Part shown: one piece after another, positions 13,882 to 23,506 of the stretch
How the letters are laid out: every line of letters starts with the position of its first letter
Numbering within the stretch: position 1 is the first letter of the stretch
Source of the DNA: Betaproteobacteria bacterium RIFCSPLOWO2_12_FULL_68_20
Lineage (GTDB): Bacteria > Pseudomonadota > Gammaproteobacteria > Burkholderiales > SG8-39
Length of the DNA: 64,000 bases
NCBI GenBank assembly: GCA_001770655.1
Contig: MERQ01000080.1
Location: forward strand, 15,272-79,271
Direction: 5' to 3'
Notes under the pieces: generated by a model
Told to the model about the DNA's origin: nothing
The model's database searches: none
Seen by the model: the letters and a program-made list of their open reading frames with translations, nothing else
Made by a program: the position numbers and the translations under genes

Positions 13882-14789
13882 TCGGGGTCGCGGCGGCCGT
13901 CATCCAGCGCGCCGACGGCTCGTTCCTGCTGGCGCAGCGCCCCGCGGGCAAGGTCTACGCGGGCTGGTGGGAGTTTCCCGGCGGCAAGATTCACGAGGGC
14001 GAATCGGCCGAAGGCGCGCTCGCGCGCGAGCTGCACGAGGAGCTCGGCATCGACGTGCGCCGCGCCTATCCATGGATCACGCGCGTGTACGCCTACGAGC
14101 ACGCCACCGTGCGGTTGAATTTCTTTCGCGTGGTCGAATGGCTGGGCGAGCCGCACTCGAAGGAGAACCAGGCGATCGCCTGGCAGCGCCTTGGCGCTCC
14201 GATGGCCGAGCCGATGCTGCCCGCCAACGCCCCGGTGCTCGCCTCGCTCGCGCTGCCGTGGGAATACGCGATCACAAACGCTGCAACGGTGGGCGTCCCG
14301 GCGATGCTCGAGCGCCTGGAGCGGCGGCTCGCCGGGGGGCTCAGGCTCGTGCAGGTGCGCGAGCCGGGCATGGCCGACGGCGAGCGCGCGGCGTTCACCG
14401 CGCAGACAATCGATCTTGCGCACCGGCACGGCGCAACAGTCCTGGTGAAGTCGCCGTTTCCCGGCGCCGACGGGCTGCACCTGACGGCCTCGGAGCTGGT
14501 GAAGCTCAGGGCAAGACCCGAGCATGGGCTCGTCGCGGCCTCGTGCCACACGCGCGAGGAGCTCGAACGCGCCACGCGGCTCGAGCTCGACTTCGCCGTG
14601 CTCGGCCCGGTCGGGCCGAGCGATTCGCACGCCGGCGGACCGGTCCTCGGCTGGGAGCGCTTCGCGGCGCTCGCGCGAGGGGCGAGCCTCCCGGTCTACG
14701 CCATCGGCGGTCTCGCCCGCCACGACCTGGAGGACGCCTGGCGCGCCGGGGCGCACGGCCTGGCGATGATCAGGGGGAGCTGGAAGTAG
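13878..14789 (+). CDS. Nudix (MutT-like) hydrolase fused to a ThiE/TenI-like domain
   Basis: Last 303 aa of ORF 13149-14789. Nudix box [24 protein letters not shown], then a C-terminal TMP-synthase-like barrel (PVYAIGGL). GTGA overlap with the upstream stop. Confidence 0.8.
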   Translation: MIGVAAAVIQRADGSFLLAQRPAGKVYAGWWEFPGGKIHEGESAEGALARELHEELGIDVRRAYPWITRVYAYEHATVRLNFFRVVEWLGEPHSKENQAIAWQRLGAPMAEPMLPANAPVLASLALPWEYAITNAATVGVPAMLERLERRLAGGLRLVQVREPGMADGERAAFTAQTIDLAHRHGATVLVKSPFPGADGLHLTASELVKLRARPEHGLVAASCHTREELERATRLELDFAVLGPVGPSDSHAGGPVLGWERFAALARGASLPVYAIGGLARHDLEDAWRAGAHGLAMIRGSWK

Positions 14790-14964
14790 GATCGTCGTCC
14801 GGCGGCGGCTCGCCGGGCACCGGGACCCGGTAGCGCTCCGCGGCCCAGTCGCCGAGGTCGATCATCTTGCAACGCTCGCTGCAGAACGGGCGCCACCGGT
14901 TCTCCGCGCCGAACGGCGCGGGTGCCCCGCAGCGCGGGCAGGGGACGGTTTTTACAGGTTGCAA
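14770..14964 (-). CDS. yacG: DNA gyrase inhibitor YacG (zinc finger)
   Basis: C-terminal 64 aa of ORF 14770-15369: CPRCG...[17 protein letters not shown]. The only nearby start is TTG at 14964, which overlaps the zapD 3' end by 13 nt. Confidence 0.8.
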   Translation of the reverse strand: MQPVKTVPCPRCGAPAPFGAENRWRPFCSERCKMIDLGDWAAERYRVPVPGEPPPDDDPTSSSP

Positions 14965-15710
14965 AAGGTGAGCTCGAAGCCGACGTCCCAGTCGGCGGTG
15001 CGCGGCCTGGGATCCTCGCCGTTCTGGGCGAGGAAGCGGATGTTGAGCACGTACTTGTTGGCGCTGATCTCCGGCACGCAGGGCGTGTCCACATCGAGGC
15101 GCACGCGCAGCATCTGCGCGATCTTGCCGCCGAGCATCTGCTGGTAGGTGCCGAGCGGGGCGTGCAGCGTGTGGGGCTTGCCGGACTCGCGCAGGATCCT
15201 GAGGATGATCGCCGAGCCGTCGCGCAGCGGGTACAGCGGCCCGGTCCAGGCGGCGAGCTGCCCGGTGCGCTCCTCGGCCGGGCGGTGCAGCCAGTAGTGG
15301 TAGGAGGGCAGGTCGAACTCGCACGCGCCTCCCGGGATGCCGGTGCGCTGCTTGATCGCCATCAGCCACTCGTTCTCGCGCAGGTACTGGCCGATCTTGC
15401 CGGTCATCGAGAACAGCGCGGCCGAGGCCTGCTCGATGTCGCGCAGCACGCCCGAGAGCGCGTCCTCCGAGATCTCGGGATTGTTGCGGAACGCGAGCAG
15501 CACCTGCCTCTGGCGCTCCAGCTCCTGCAGCAGGTCGGACTTGAGATCGGCGCGGCTCGAGACCTCCAGGATCTCGAACAGCGTCAGCAGCGCCATGTGG
15601 TGGTCGTGCGGGTCGCTGCGCCCGATGAAATGCCGCGAGCGCTCGAACAGGTCCTCCAGGCGCAGCAGCGTCCGGATGCGTTCGTTCAGGGGATACTCGT
15701 AGGTGATCAC
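14952..15710 (-). CDS. zapD: cell division protein ZapD
   Basis: ORF 14952-15776. [19 protein letters not shown] aligns with the ZapD N-terminus, favouring GTG at 15710 (252 aa). GTG at 15776 is also possible. Confidence 0.85.
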   Translation of the reverse strand: MITYEYPLNERIRTLLRLEDLFERSRHFIGRSDPHDHHMALLTLFEILEVSSRADLKSDLLQELERQRQVLLAFRNNPEISEDALSGVLRDIEQASAALFSMTGKIGQYLRENEWLMAIKQRTGIPGGACEFDLPSYHYWLHRPAEERTGQLAAWTGPLYPLRDGSAIILRILRESGKPHTLHAPLGTYQQMLGGKIAQMLRVRLDVDTPCVPEISANKYVLNIRFLAQNGEDPRPRTADWDVGFELTFCNL

Positions 15711-15779
15711 GGCGTCGCGTTGCGCGGCCAGCGCCACGTCCCTCGGCCGATTGTCGGGGATTTGCGCACGCAGCACAAC

Positions 15780-16391
15780 CTAAGTCCTTTTGCCTGCTGC
15801 GAGTTCCAGGTAGCGCCGGTGCAGCTCGGCGACCCTTTTGCGCAGCGCATCAAGCGATCCGCTGTTGTCGACGACGTCGTCGGCGGCGGCCAGACGCTCG
15901 GCCCGGGTGGCCTGGGTGCGCATGATCGCGCGCACCTCGTCCTCGGTGAGGCCGCGGTGGCGAATGACCCGCTCCACCTGGGTCTGCTCGGGACAGTCCA
16001 CGACGAGCACGCGATCGACGCGCTCCCGGTAGTCGCGCGACTCGACGAGCAGCGGCACGACGTGCACCACGTAAGGCCCTGCGGCGGCGGCGATACGCCG
16101 GCGCGACTCCTCGCGGATCAACGGATGCAGCAATGCCTCGAGCTTCTTCCTCGAGCCGGAGTCGCCGAAGACGCGATCGCGCACCTTGCCGCGATCCATG
16201 GCGCCGCTCGGGTCGAGGAACTCCGCGCCGAACAGCCTGCGCACCTCGGGGATCGCGGCCCCGCCGGGCGCCGTGAGCTCGCGCGCGATGGCGTCGGTAT
16301 CCACGACCGCGGCGCCCAGCCGCGCGAACTCGTCGGCGACGGCGCTCTTTCCGCTGCCGATGCCGCCGGTGAGGCCGACCACGAGCTTCAC
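15780..16391 (-). CDS. coaE: dephospho-CoA kinase
   Basis: Last 203 aa of ORF 15780-17126. P-loop [14 protein letters not shown] overlaps the pilD stop (GTGA). Confidence 0.9.
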   Translation of the reverse strand: MKLVVGLTGGIGSGKSAVADEFARLGAAVVDTDAIARELTAPGGAAIPEVRRLFGAEFLDPSGAMDRGKVRDRVFGDSGSRKKLEALLHPLIREESRRRIAAAAGPYVVHVVPLLVESRDYRERVDRVLVVDCPEQTQVERVIRHRGLTEDEVRAIMRTQATRAERLAAADDVVDNSGSLDALRKRVAELHRRYLELAAGKRT

Positions 16392-17251
16392 AGCTTGTTC
16401 AGGTACCAGCGCACCATCGGCTCGCCCCAGTAGAGCGCGATCACCGCGGCGATCGCGAGGTAAGGTCCGAAGTGGAACCGAAAGCCCGCATCCCAGCGGC
16501 GCCTGGCCGCGAACATCTGCAGCACCCCGAACGCGAGCCCGACCAGCGAGGAGATCAGGATGACGAGCGGCAGCATCTTCCAGCCGAGGAAGGCGCCCGC
16601 CGCGGCGTTCATCTTGAAGTCGCCGTAGCCCATGCCCTCCTTGCCGGTGGCGAGCCTGAAGCACCAGTAGACGAGCCACAGCGACAGGTAGCCGGCGGCG
16701 GCGCCGATCACGGCCTCGGCGAGCGGCACGAAGGTGCCCCCGATGTTGAGCAGGATTCCGGCCCACATCAGCGGCAGGGTCAGGTCGTCGGGCAGAAATC
16801 CGGTCTCCTGGTCGATTGCGGCGAGCGCGATCGTCGTCCAGACGAACAGCGCCGCGCCGAGCGCGGCGAGGCTGAAGCCGAAGCGCCACGCCGAGTAGCC
16901 GCCCGCGATCCCGGCGACCAGCTCGACCAGCGGGTATCTCAGCGCGATGCGCGTGCCGCAGGCCGAGCACCTGCCTTTGAGCGCCAGCCAGCTGATCAGC
17001 GGGATGTTTTCCCACGCGCGGATCCAGTGGCCGCACCCCGGGCACTGCGAGCGCGGCACCACCAGGTTGTAGCGCTCGCGCGCAGGTGGCGCCTCGCCGG
17101 CGAGCTCGGCGCACTGCTCGCGCCACTCGCGCTCCATCATCTTCGGCAGACGATGAATGACGACGTTCAGGAAGGAGCCGACGCAGAGCCCGAAGGCCGC
17201 CGCGACCCAGGGAAAGACGGCTGGCTGAACGAGCCAGCCGAGCGAGGTCAT
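16388..17251 (-). CDS. pilD: prepilin peptidase / N-methyltransferase PilD (A24 family)
   Basis: 287 aa, polytopic, with the Cys pairs CPGCGH...CSACG and a GYGDFK-type aspartyl site. Confidence 0.9.
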   Translation of the reverse strand: MTSLGWLVQPAVFPWVAAAFGLCVGSFLNVVIHRLPKMMEREWREQCAELAGEAPPARERYNLVVPRSQCPGCGHWIRAWENIPLISWLALKGRCSACGTRIALRYPLVELVAGIAGGYSAWRFGFSLAALGAALFVWTTIALAAIDQETGFLPDDLTLPLMWAGILLNIGGTFVPLAEAVIGAAAGYLSLWLVYWCFRLATGKEGMGYGDFKMNAAAGAFLGWKMLPLVILISSLVGLAFGVLQMFAARRRWDAGFRFHFGPYLAIAAVIALYWGEPMVRWYLNKL

Positions 17252-17255
17252 CCCC

Positions 17256-18479
17256 TCAGACCGCTCCGCCGAGCTTGAAGATCGGCAGGTACATGGCCAC
17301 CACCATGCCGCCGATCAGAGTGCCGAGAACCACCATGATCATCGGCTCCATCAGCGAGGAGAGCGCCTCCACCGCGTCGTCGACCTCGGCTTCGTAGAAA
17401 TCCGCGATCTTGCCGAGCATGGCGTCGAGCGCGCCCGTCTCCTCGCCGATCGAGGCCATCTGGATCACCATGGCGGGGAAGACGTTGGCGTTCTGCATCG
17501 CCACGGTGAGCGAGGTGCCGGTCGAGACCTCGTTCTGGATCTGCTTGGTGGCGACCAGGTAGACGTAATTGCCCGATGCGCCGCCCACGGAATCGAGCGC
17601 CTCGACCAGCGGCACGCCGGCGGCGAACATGGTGGCGAGCGTGCGCGTCCAGCGCGCGATGGTGGACTTGCGGATCACGTCGCCGAACACCGGCAGCTTC
17701 AGGCTCAGCCGGTCCATGAAGATCTGCACCGCGAGCGAGCGCTTCCACGCCTCGAGGAATCCCCAGATGCCGCCGATCATCGCCGGGAAGATGATGTACC
17801 AGTTGCCGACGAACCAGTCCGAGATCGCCATCACCACCAGCGTCGGCGCGGGCAGGTCGGCGCCGAAGCTCGAGAACACAGACTTGAACGCGGGAATGAC
17901 GAAGATCATGATCACCGCGGTGATGATGATGGCCACCGCGACGATCGACACCGGGTAGAAGAGCGCGCTCTTGATCTTCGACTTGATGGCGAGGATTTTC
18001 TCCTTGTAGGTCGCGAGGCGATCGAGCAGGGTCTCGAGGATCCCTGCCGCCTCGCCCGCCTGCACCAGGTTGCAGAACAGCTGGTCGAAATAAAGCGGGT
18101 ACTTGCGGAACGCCGCGGCGAGCGAGGAGCCGGTCTCGACCTCGGTCTTGAGCTCGAGAACAAGCCTCGCGACCGCCGGGTTGGATGCGCCCTTGCCCAC
18201 GATTTCAAAAGACTGAAGCAGGGGCACGCCCGCTTTCATCATGGTGGCGAGCTGGCGGGTGAAGAGCGAGATGTCCTTATCGGTGACTTTGCCGCCACGG
18301 CCCATCCGCTGCTTCTTGACCTTGGTGACCACGACCCCCTGGCGACGCAGCGTGGCATTGACCAGGGCCTCTCCGTGCGCGCGCATCTCGCCGCGGATGA
18401 CCTTTCCGGCCTTGTCCTTGCCTTCCCAGAGGAAAGTGAATTCCTTGGGACCTTTCGCTGCCGCCGCTGCGGTTGCCAT
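17256..18479 (-). CDS. pilC: type IV pilus platform protein PilC (GspF family)
   Basis: 407 aa with two GspF repeats. Lies directly upstream of pilD. Confidence 0.9.
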   Translation of the reverse strand: MATAAAAAKGPKEFTFLWEGKDKAGKVIRGEMRAHGEALVNATLRRQGVVVTKVKKQRMGRGGKVTDKDISLFTRQLATMMKAGVPLLQSFEIVGKGASNPAVARLVLELKTEVETGSSLAAAFRKYPLYFDQLFCNLVQAGEAAGILETLLDRLATYKEKILAIKSKIKSALFYPVSIVAVAIIITAVIMIFVIPAFKSVFSSFGADLPAPTLVVMAISDWFVGNWYIIFPAMIGGIWGFLEAWKRSLAVQIFMDRLSLKLPVFGDVIRKSTIARWTRTLATMFAAGVPLVEALDSVGGASGNYVYLVATKQIQNEVSTGTSLTVAMQNANVFPAMVIQMASIGEETGALDAMLGKIADFYEAEVDDAVEALSSLMEPMIMVVLGTLIGGMVVAMYLPIFKLGGAV

Positions 18480-18509
18480 GGAGCCGACTCCCTCGTCCCG
18501 TTTGCCGCG

Positions 18510-18539
18510 AGCATAGCGCCACGGGGCGATTTTTGTAAA
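18510..18539 (-). promoter_or_regulatory. putative sigma70 promoter for pilC (TTTACA-18 nt-TATGCT on the minus strand)
   Basis: Hexamers read on the reverse strand about 30-60 nt upstream of the pilC ATG. GGGAG SD follows. Sequence match only. Confidence 0.3.
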
Positions 18540-18555
18540 GCCTGAAGTTCCGGCT

Positions 18556-19857
18556 CTAAGCTTCTGAGGTCGCGACTTTTTCCTCGGGTTCGACCGGCCG
18601 GAAAATGCGCACCGTCTTCACCGCCCGGCCGGCCGCGTGAACTATTTCCATGGGCACTCCGGCGATCTTGATGGAGACGTCGGCCTCGGGGATGTCCTGC
18701 AGGTGCTCGAGGATGAGGCCGTTCAGCGTCTTCGGCCCTTCGGTGGGCAGATCGAGTCCCAGGGCGCGGTTCACCTCGCGCACCGGCATCGCGCCGTCGG
18801 CGTTGGCGGTGCCGTCCTCGTCCCAGGCGAGCGCCGGAGCAGCCGAAGGCAGCGTGGTGGTGAACTTGCCGATGATCTCCTCGACGATGTCCTCGAGCGT
18901 CGCCAGGCCCATCAGCTCGCCGTACTCGTCGACCACCAGCGCCACGCGCTCGCGGTTCTCCTGGAAGTACTGCATCTGCGCCAGCACCGGCGTCGAGGCG
19001 GGAACGAAGTAGGGCTCGGCGACGAGCGACTCGAGCGACGCCTTGTCCAGCGCCCCGGCGTGCAGCGGCGCGAGCACCTTGCGCAAATGCAATACGCCGA
19101 CCACCTCGCCGAGCGCGTCGCGGAACACCGGCAGGCGCATGTGGTAGCTGGTGGCGAGCTGCTGCGCGATCGTCTCCATGTCGTCGTCCAGCTTGACCGA
19201 CTCGATTTTCGCGCGCGGCACCATCACGTCCTGCACCGTGACGTTGGCGAGCTCGAACAGGTTCAGCAGGATCGAGACGTGCTTCTTCGGCATGAAGCTC
19301 GAGGACTCGAGCACCAGCGTGCGGATCTCCTCGGGGGAGAGCTTCTGCACCTCGGTGTTCTGCTCCGGCCGGATGCCGGCCAGCAGCAGCAGCGGCTGCA
19401 CGAACAGGTTCACGAACCACACGCCCGGCTGCAGCAGCCACTGGATCGGGCCGAGCACGTAGGCGAGCGGCGGCGCGATTTTCTCGGGGTAGGTGGCGCC
19501 GATGACCTTCGGCGTGATCTCGGCGAACACGATGATCAGGAAGGCGATCGCGACGGTGCTGATGCCGTAAGCCCACCTACCCTCGCCGACCAGGCGCACG
19601 GCGATCAGGCTCGAAAGCGTCGCCGCGGCCGCATTCACGAGGTTGTTCCCGATCAGCACCGCCCCGAGCAGCCTGTCGGTGCGCTTGAGGAGCAAGTCGA
19701 CGCGCAGCGCGCCGCCGTGGCCCTGCGCCACCAGATGCTTCAACCGGTAGCGGTTGATCGCCATCATGCTGGTCTCGGCGATGGAGAAAAATCCCGAGAC
19801 CACCAGCAGCACGACGAGCGCGCCGAATTCCCAGGAGAGCGGGATGTCGTCGTCCAC
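18556..19857 (-). CDS. HlyC/CorC family transporter (DUF21-CBS pair-CorC_HlyC)
   Basis: 433 aa with an N-terminal 4-TM DUF21-like region, a central CBS region and a C-terminal CorC domain. Confidence 0.85.
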   Translation of the reverse strand: MDDDIPLSWEFGALVVLLVVSGFFSIAETSMMAINRYRLKHLVAQGHGGALRVDLLLKRTDRLLGAVLIGNNLVNAAAATLSSLIAVRLVGEGRWAYGISTVAIAFLIIVFAEITPKVIGATYPEKIAPPLAYVLGPIQWLLQPGVWFVNLFVQPLLLLAGIRPEQNTEVQKLSPEEIRTLVLESSSFMPKKHVSILLNLFELANVTVQDVMVPRAKIESVKLDDDMETIAQQLATSYHMRLPVFRDALGEVVGVLHLRKVLAPLHAGALDKASLESLVAEPYFVPASTPVLAQMQYFQENRERVALVVDEYGELMGLATLEDIVEEIIGKFTTTLPSAAPALAWDEDGTANADGAMPVREVNRALGLDLPTEGPKTLNGLILEHLQDIPEADVSIKIAGVPMEIVHAAGRAVKTVRIFRPVEPEEKVATSEA

Positions 19858-19863
19858 CGCGGC

Positions 19864-20685
19864 TCAGCCCCGGCCCAGGATCACTTCGAGCACGAAGCGG
19901 CTGCCGACGTAGGCGAGCACCAGCAGCACGAAGCCGGTGAGCGTCCAGCGCAGCGCCGTGCGCCCGCGCCAGCCGTACAGCCAGCGCCCGGCAAGGAGCC
20001 CGCCGAAGGCGAGCCAGGACAGCACCGCGAACACCGTCTTGTGGTCGAAGCGCACGGCGCGGCCGAACAGCGTCTCGGAGAACGCCATTCCGGTGACGAG
20101 CGTGAGCGTGAGGAACACGAACGCCGCGCCGATGACGCGAAACAGCAGCCGCTCGAGCGTGAGCAGCGGGGGCAGATTGGTGATCAGCGACGCGCCCTTG
20201 CGGTGCAGCTGCCGCTCGGCGAGCGCCATCAGCGTGGCGTGCAGGATCGCGATCACGAACAGGCTGTAGGCGATCATCGCGAGCGCGAGGTGCAGCTTGA
20301 ATTCGAGCGCGCCCGAGTGCAGCGCGGTCGAGGCGAGGCCGGGAAACAGCAGCGGCAGCGGCACCGCGAGCGCCGCGAGCGGGAGCACCAGCGGCTCCAT
20401 GCCCTCGAGGCTGTAGAACAGGCTCTCGAACCAGTACAGCGCGACCCCGAGCCACAGCATCACCGAGAGCGCCTGCGCGAAGCCGAAGCGCAGCTGCGGC
20501 GCGGCGAAGACGTCGAAGTACAGGAGCCAGCCGTGGATCGCGAAGGGCGCGAGGATGGCGGCGCGCTCCCAGGGCTTCAGGCCTCGCGGCGAGGGCGCCT
20601 TGCGGCGCCAGCGCGTGCTCCAGAAATGCCACGCCAGGCCTGCGTAGCCGGCGGACGCGACGCCGTGAATTACAATGTCCGGCAC
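19864..20685 (-). CDS. cytochrome c assembly family inner-membrane protein (YpjD-like)
   Basis: 273 aa, polytopic. Shows the conserved divergent arrangement with ffh. Confidence 0.75.
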   Translation of the reverse strand: MPDIVIHGVASAGYAGLAWHFWSTRWRRKAPSPRGLKPWERAAILAPFAIHGWLLYFDVFAAPQLRFGFAQALSVMLWLGVALYWFESLFYSLEGMEPLVLPLAALAVPLPLLFPGLASTALHSGALEFKLHLALAMIAYSLFVIAILHATLMALAERQLHRKGASLITNLPPLLTLERLLFRVIGAAFVFLTLTLVTGMAFSETLFGRAVRFDHKTVFAVLSWLAFGGLLAGRWLYGWRGRTALRWTLTGFVLLVLAYVGSRFVLEVILGRG

Positions 20686-20703
20686 GCTTTCAGTTTATCA
20701 CCC

Positions 20704-22053
20704 GTGCTCGACAACCTGACCGCGCGGCTCGCGCAAATCGCCAAGCGCATCCGCGGCGAGGCGCGGCTCACCGAAGCCAACATTTCCGACGCGCTGCGCG
20801 AGGTGCGCGTGGCGCTGCTGGAAGCCGACGTCGCGCTGCCGGTGGCGAAGCATTTCATCGAATCGGTGCGCGCCAAGGCGCTCGGCGAGGAGGTGGTCGG
20901 CAGCCTCACGCCGGGGCAGGCGCTGGTCGGGGTGGTGCACCGCGAGCTCGCCGCGCTGATGGGCGAGGCGAATGTCGGTCTCGATCTCGCCGTGCAGCCG
21001 CCTGCGGTGATTCTCGTCGCCGGTTTGCAGGGCTCCGGGAAAACCACCACCTGCGGGAAGCTTGCGAAGCTGCTGCTCGGCGAGAAGAAAAAAGTGCTGC
21101 TCGTCTCCTGCGACGTGTACCGGCCGGCGGCGATCGAGCAGCTGAAGGTCGTCGCCGCGCAGGCCGGCGCGGACTTCTTCCCCTCGGCGGTCGGCGAAAA
21201 GCCCGTGGACATCTCGCGGCGCGCGCTGGAGCACGCGAGGACGCATTATCACGACGTGCTGATCGCCGACTCGGCCGGAAGGCTCGCGATCGACGAGGAG
21301 ATGATGCGCGAGATCGCGGATCTCCACGGCGTATTGATGCCGATCGAGACGCTGTTCATCGTGGACGCGATGCAGGGGCAGGACGCGGTAAACGTCGCGA
21401 AGGCGTTCAACGAGCGGCTGCCGTTGACCGGGGTCATCCTCACCAAGCTCGACGGCGATGCGCGCGGCGGCGCCGCGCTCTCGGTGCGGCACGTCACCGG
21501 AAAGCCGATCAAGTTCGCGGGCGTGAGCGAGAAGCTCGGCGGCATCGAGCCGTTTCACCCCGAGCGCATGGCCTCGCGCATCCTCGGCATGGGCGACATC
21601 CTGTCGCTGGTCGAGGAGGCGCACGCCAAGGTCGACCTCGAGGAAGCCAAGCGCATCGCCGAGAAGGTGAAGAAGGGCAAGGGCTTCGACCTCGAGGACT
21701 TCAAGCAGCAGATCGCGCAGATGAACAAGATGGGCGGCGTTGCCTCGATGCTCGACAAGCTCCCCGCCCGGCTCGCCGGCCAGATCGACCCGGCGAAGCT
21801 TCAGGACGACAGGCAGTTCCGCCGCATCGTCGGCATCATCAACTCCATGACCCCGCAGGAACGGCGCAAGCCCGAGCTCATCAAGGCCTCACGCAAGCGC
21901 CGCATCGCCGCGGGCGCGGGCGTTCCGGTTCAGGAGGTGAACCGGCTGCTCAACCAGTTCGAGCAGATGCAGAAGATGATGAAGATGATGAAGGGCGGGA
22001 ATCTCCAGCGGATGATGCGCGGGATGAAGGGGATGCTCCCCGGGATGCGCTAG
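20704..22053 (+). CDS. ffh: signal recognition particle protein Ffh
   Basis: Last 449 aa of the artefactual 1138-aa ORF 18637-22053. Starts with GTG (VLDNLTARL). GTPase motifs GLQGSGKTTT and DSAGR, plus a Met-rich M domain. Confidence 0.95.
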   Translation: MLDNLTARLAQIAKRIRGEARLTEANISDALREVRVALLEADVALPVAKHFIESVRAKALGEEVVGSLTPGQALVGVVHRELAALMGEANVGLDLAVQPPAVILVAGLQGSGKTTTCGKLAKLLLGEKKKVLLVSCDVYRPAAIEQLKVVAAQAGADFFPSAVGEKPVDISRRALEHARTHYHDVLIADSAGRLAIDEEMMREIADLHGVLMPIETLFIVDAMQGQDAVNVAKAFNERLPLTGVILTKLDGDARGGAALSVRHVTGKPIKFAGVSEKLGGIEPFHPERMASRILGMGDILSLVEEAHAKVDLEEAKRIAEKVKKGKGFDLEDFKQQIAQMNKMGGVASMLDKLPARLAGQIDPAKLQDDRQFRRIVGIINSMTPQERRKPELIKASRKRRIAAGAGVPVQEVNRLLNQFEQMQKMMKMMKGGNLQRMMRGMKGMLPGMR

Positions 22054-22055
22054 TT

Positions 22056-23024
22056 CTACAGTCCCGCCCCCGCCGCCATCTCCCGCCAGCGCTTCGCCTC
22101 GCCGACCATGTAGCGCCCGAACTCGGCGCCGGTCAGGTCCTCGCTCAGCTCGTAGCCGAGGTCCGCGATGCGCTTCCTGAACTCGGGATGCTTCTTCAGC
22201 GCGACGACCTCCCGCGTCAGCCGCGCGATCGCCTCGGCCGGAGTCCCGACCGGCGCCCAGGTGCCGAGGATCGGCCCGAGCGCGAAGTCCTTCACCCCGG
22301 CCTCCTCCATCGTCGGTACGTCGGGAATCATCGGCACGCGGATCGTGCCGGTGATCCCCAGGCCGCGCGCTTTTCCGGACTTGATGTGCCCCGCCGAGGT
22401 GACCGCCCCGGCGAACATCATCTCGATCTGGCCGGAAATCAAGTCGTTGATCCCCGCGCCGCCGCCCTTGTAGGGCACGTGCACGATGTCGATCTTGAAG
22501 GTCTGCTTCAGCTTCTCGCCGATGATGTGCGGGTTGCTGCCGATCCCCGGCGAGGCGTAGCGGATCTTGCCGGGGTTGGCGCGCGCGAGCTCGATCAGCT
22601 CCTTGACCGTGTTCGCCTTGACCGAGGGATGGACGATGATGACGTTCGGCGCGCGCGCGATGAGCGCGATCGGCGCGAGGTCCTTCTCCGGGTTGTAGTT
22701 GAGTCGCTTCGCGTCGGTGTTGGTCATGCCGTAACCCTCGAGCGAGCCGAGGAGCATGGTGTAGCCGTCGGGCGTCGAGCGCGCGGCGGCCTCGGTGCCT
22801 ACCGTTCCGCCGCCGCCGCCGCGGTTTTCCACCACCACCGGCTGGCCGAGCCGCTCGCCGAGGTACACGGCGACCACGCGCCCGAGGCCGTCGGTGAGCC
22901 CGCCCGCGGCGAAGGGGACGATCATTCGGACGGGTCGCTGCGGATAACCCTGCGCATGCGCAGAGAGCGACGCGAATGTGAACAGGCCCACCACGAGGGC
23001 GCGAAGCGCTAGTGTGGTTTTCAT
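22056..23024 (-). CDS. Bug/TctC family tripartite tricarboxylate transporter substrate-binding protein
   Basis: 322 aa with a signal peptide and the typical Bug N-terminus YPQRPVRMIVPFAAGG. Confidence 0.9.
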   Translation of the reverse strand: MKTTLALRALVVGLFTFASLSAHAQGYPQRPVRMIVPFAAGGLTDGLGRVVAVYLGERLGQPVVVENRGGGGGTVGTEAAARSTPDGYTMLLGSLEGYGMTNTDAKRLNYNPEKDLAPIALIARAPNVIIVHPSVKANTVKELIELARANPGKIRYASPGIGSNPHIIGEKLKQTFKIDIVHVPYKGGGAGINDLISGQIEMMFAGAVTSAGHIKSGKARGLGITGTIRVPMIPDVPTMEEAGVKDFALGPILGTWAPVGTPAEAIARLTREVVALKKHPEFRKRIADLGYELSEDLTGAEFGRYMVGEAKRWREMAAGAGL

Positions 23025-23151
23025 TGGCTCTCCTCCTAATGGTGAGCGAATTGTATCCCGGTCAACGCGACCGCCGCGCGAGCCTGAGGGTCGTTACGCT
23101 TGAGGATAAAGTGATCATCCACAACGCCTTTCCCGACCGGCGGTTCAAGCC

Positions 23152-23385
23152 ATGAAGCTGAACTACTATCCCGAGACCGATTCGCTCTACATCGATCTCT
23201 CCGAGCGGCCGAGCGTGGAGAGCCGGGAGGTTTCCGAGGGCGTGGTGCTGGACTACGACGCGCAGGGAAATCTCGTGGGCATCGACATCGACAACGCGAG
23301 CAAGAAGGTGCAACTGAAGGAGCTCATCCTGAGCAAGCTGCCCGGGAAGGTCCAGACGATCGCCGCCTGGCGCATTGCGACATGA
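23152..23385 (+). CDS. DUF2283 domain protein
   Basis: 77 aa. MKLNYYPETDSLYIDLS...GNLVGIDIDNASK is the typical DUF2283 pattern. Confidence 0.75.
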   Translation: MKLNYYPETDSLYIDLSERPSVESREVSEGVVLDYDAQGNLVGIDIDNASKKVQLKELILSKLPGKVQTIAAWRIAT

Positions 23386-23501
23386 AGCGTAAGGTCGGAT
23401 ACGTCTTCGACGGCATGAGAGCCGAGTACGACTTCGACTACTCGAAGGGTGTGCGCGGCAAGGCCAGCCCGCGCTCCGGCCGTCGTCGTCCCGCCGCCTA
23501 G
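23382..23501 (+). CDS. hypothetical 39-aa ORF translationally coupled to the DUF2283 gene
   Basis: My own translation: MKRKVGYVFDGMRAEYDFDYSKGVRGKASPRSGRRRPAA. ATGA overlap with the upstream stop. Below the track's size cutoff. Confidence 0.25.
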   Translation: MKRKVGYVFDGMRAEYDFDYSKGVRGKASPRSGRRRPAA

Positions 23502-23506
23502 TAGAT

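Noticed and set aside
14965-15369. Upstream 135 aa of the 199-aa ORF containing yacG.
   Set aside because: This part overprints zapD in another frame with Arg/Ala/His-rich sequence. Only the C-terminal 64 aa match YacG.
18637-20703. N-terminal 689 aa of the 1138-aa ORF that ends as ffh.
   Set aside because: This part runs antisense through the corC-like and ypjD-like genes with low-complexity Arg/Glu/His content. Ffh homology begins at GTG 20704.
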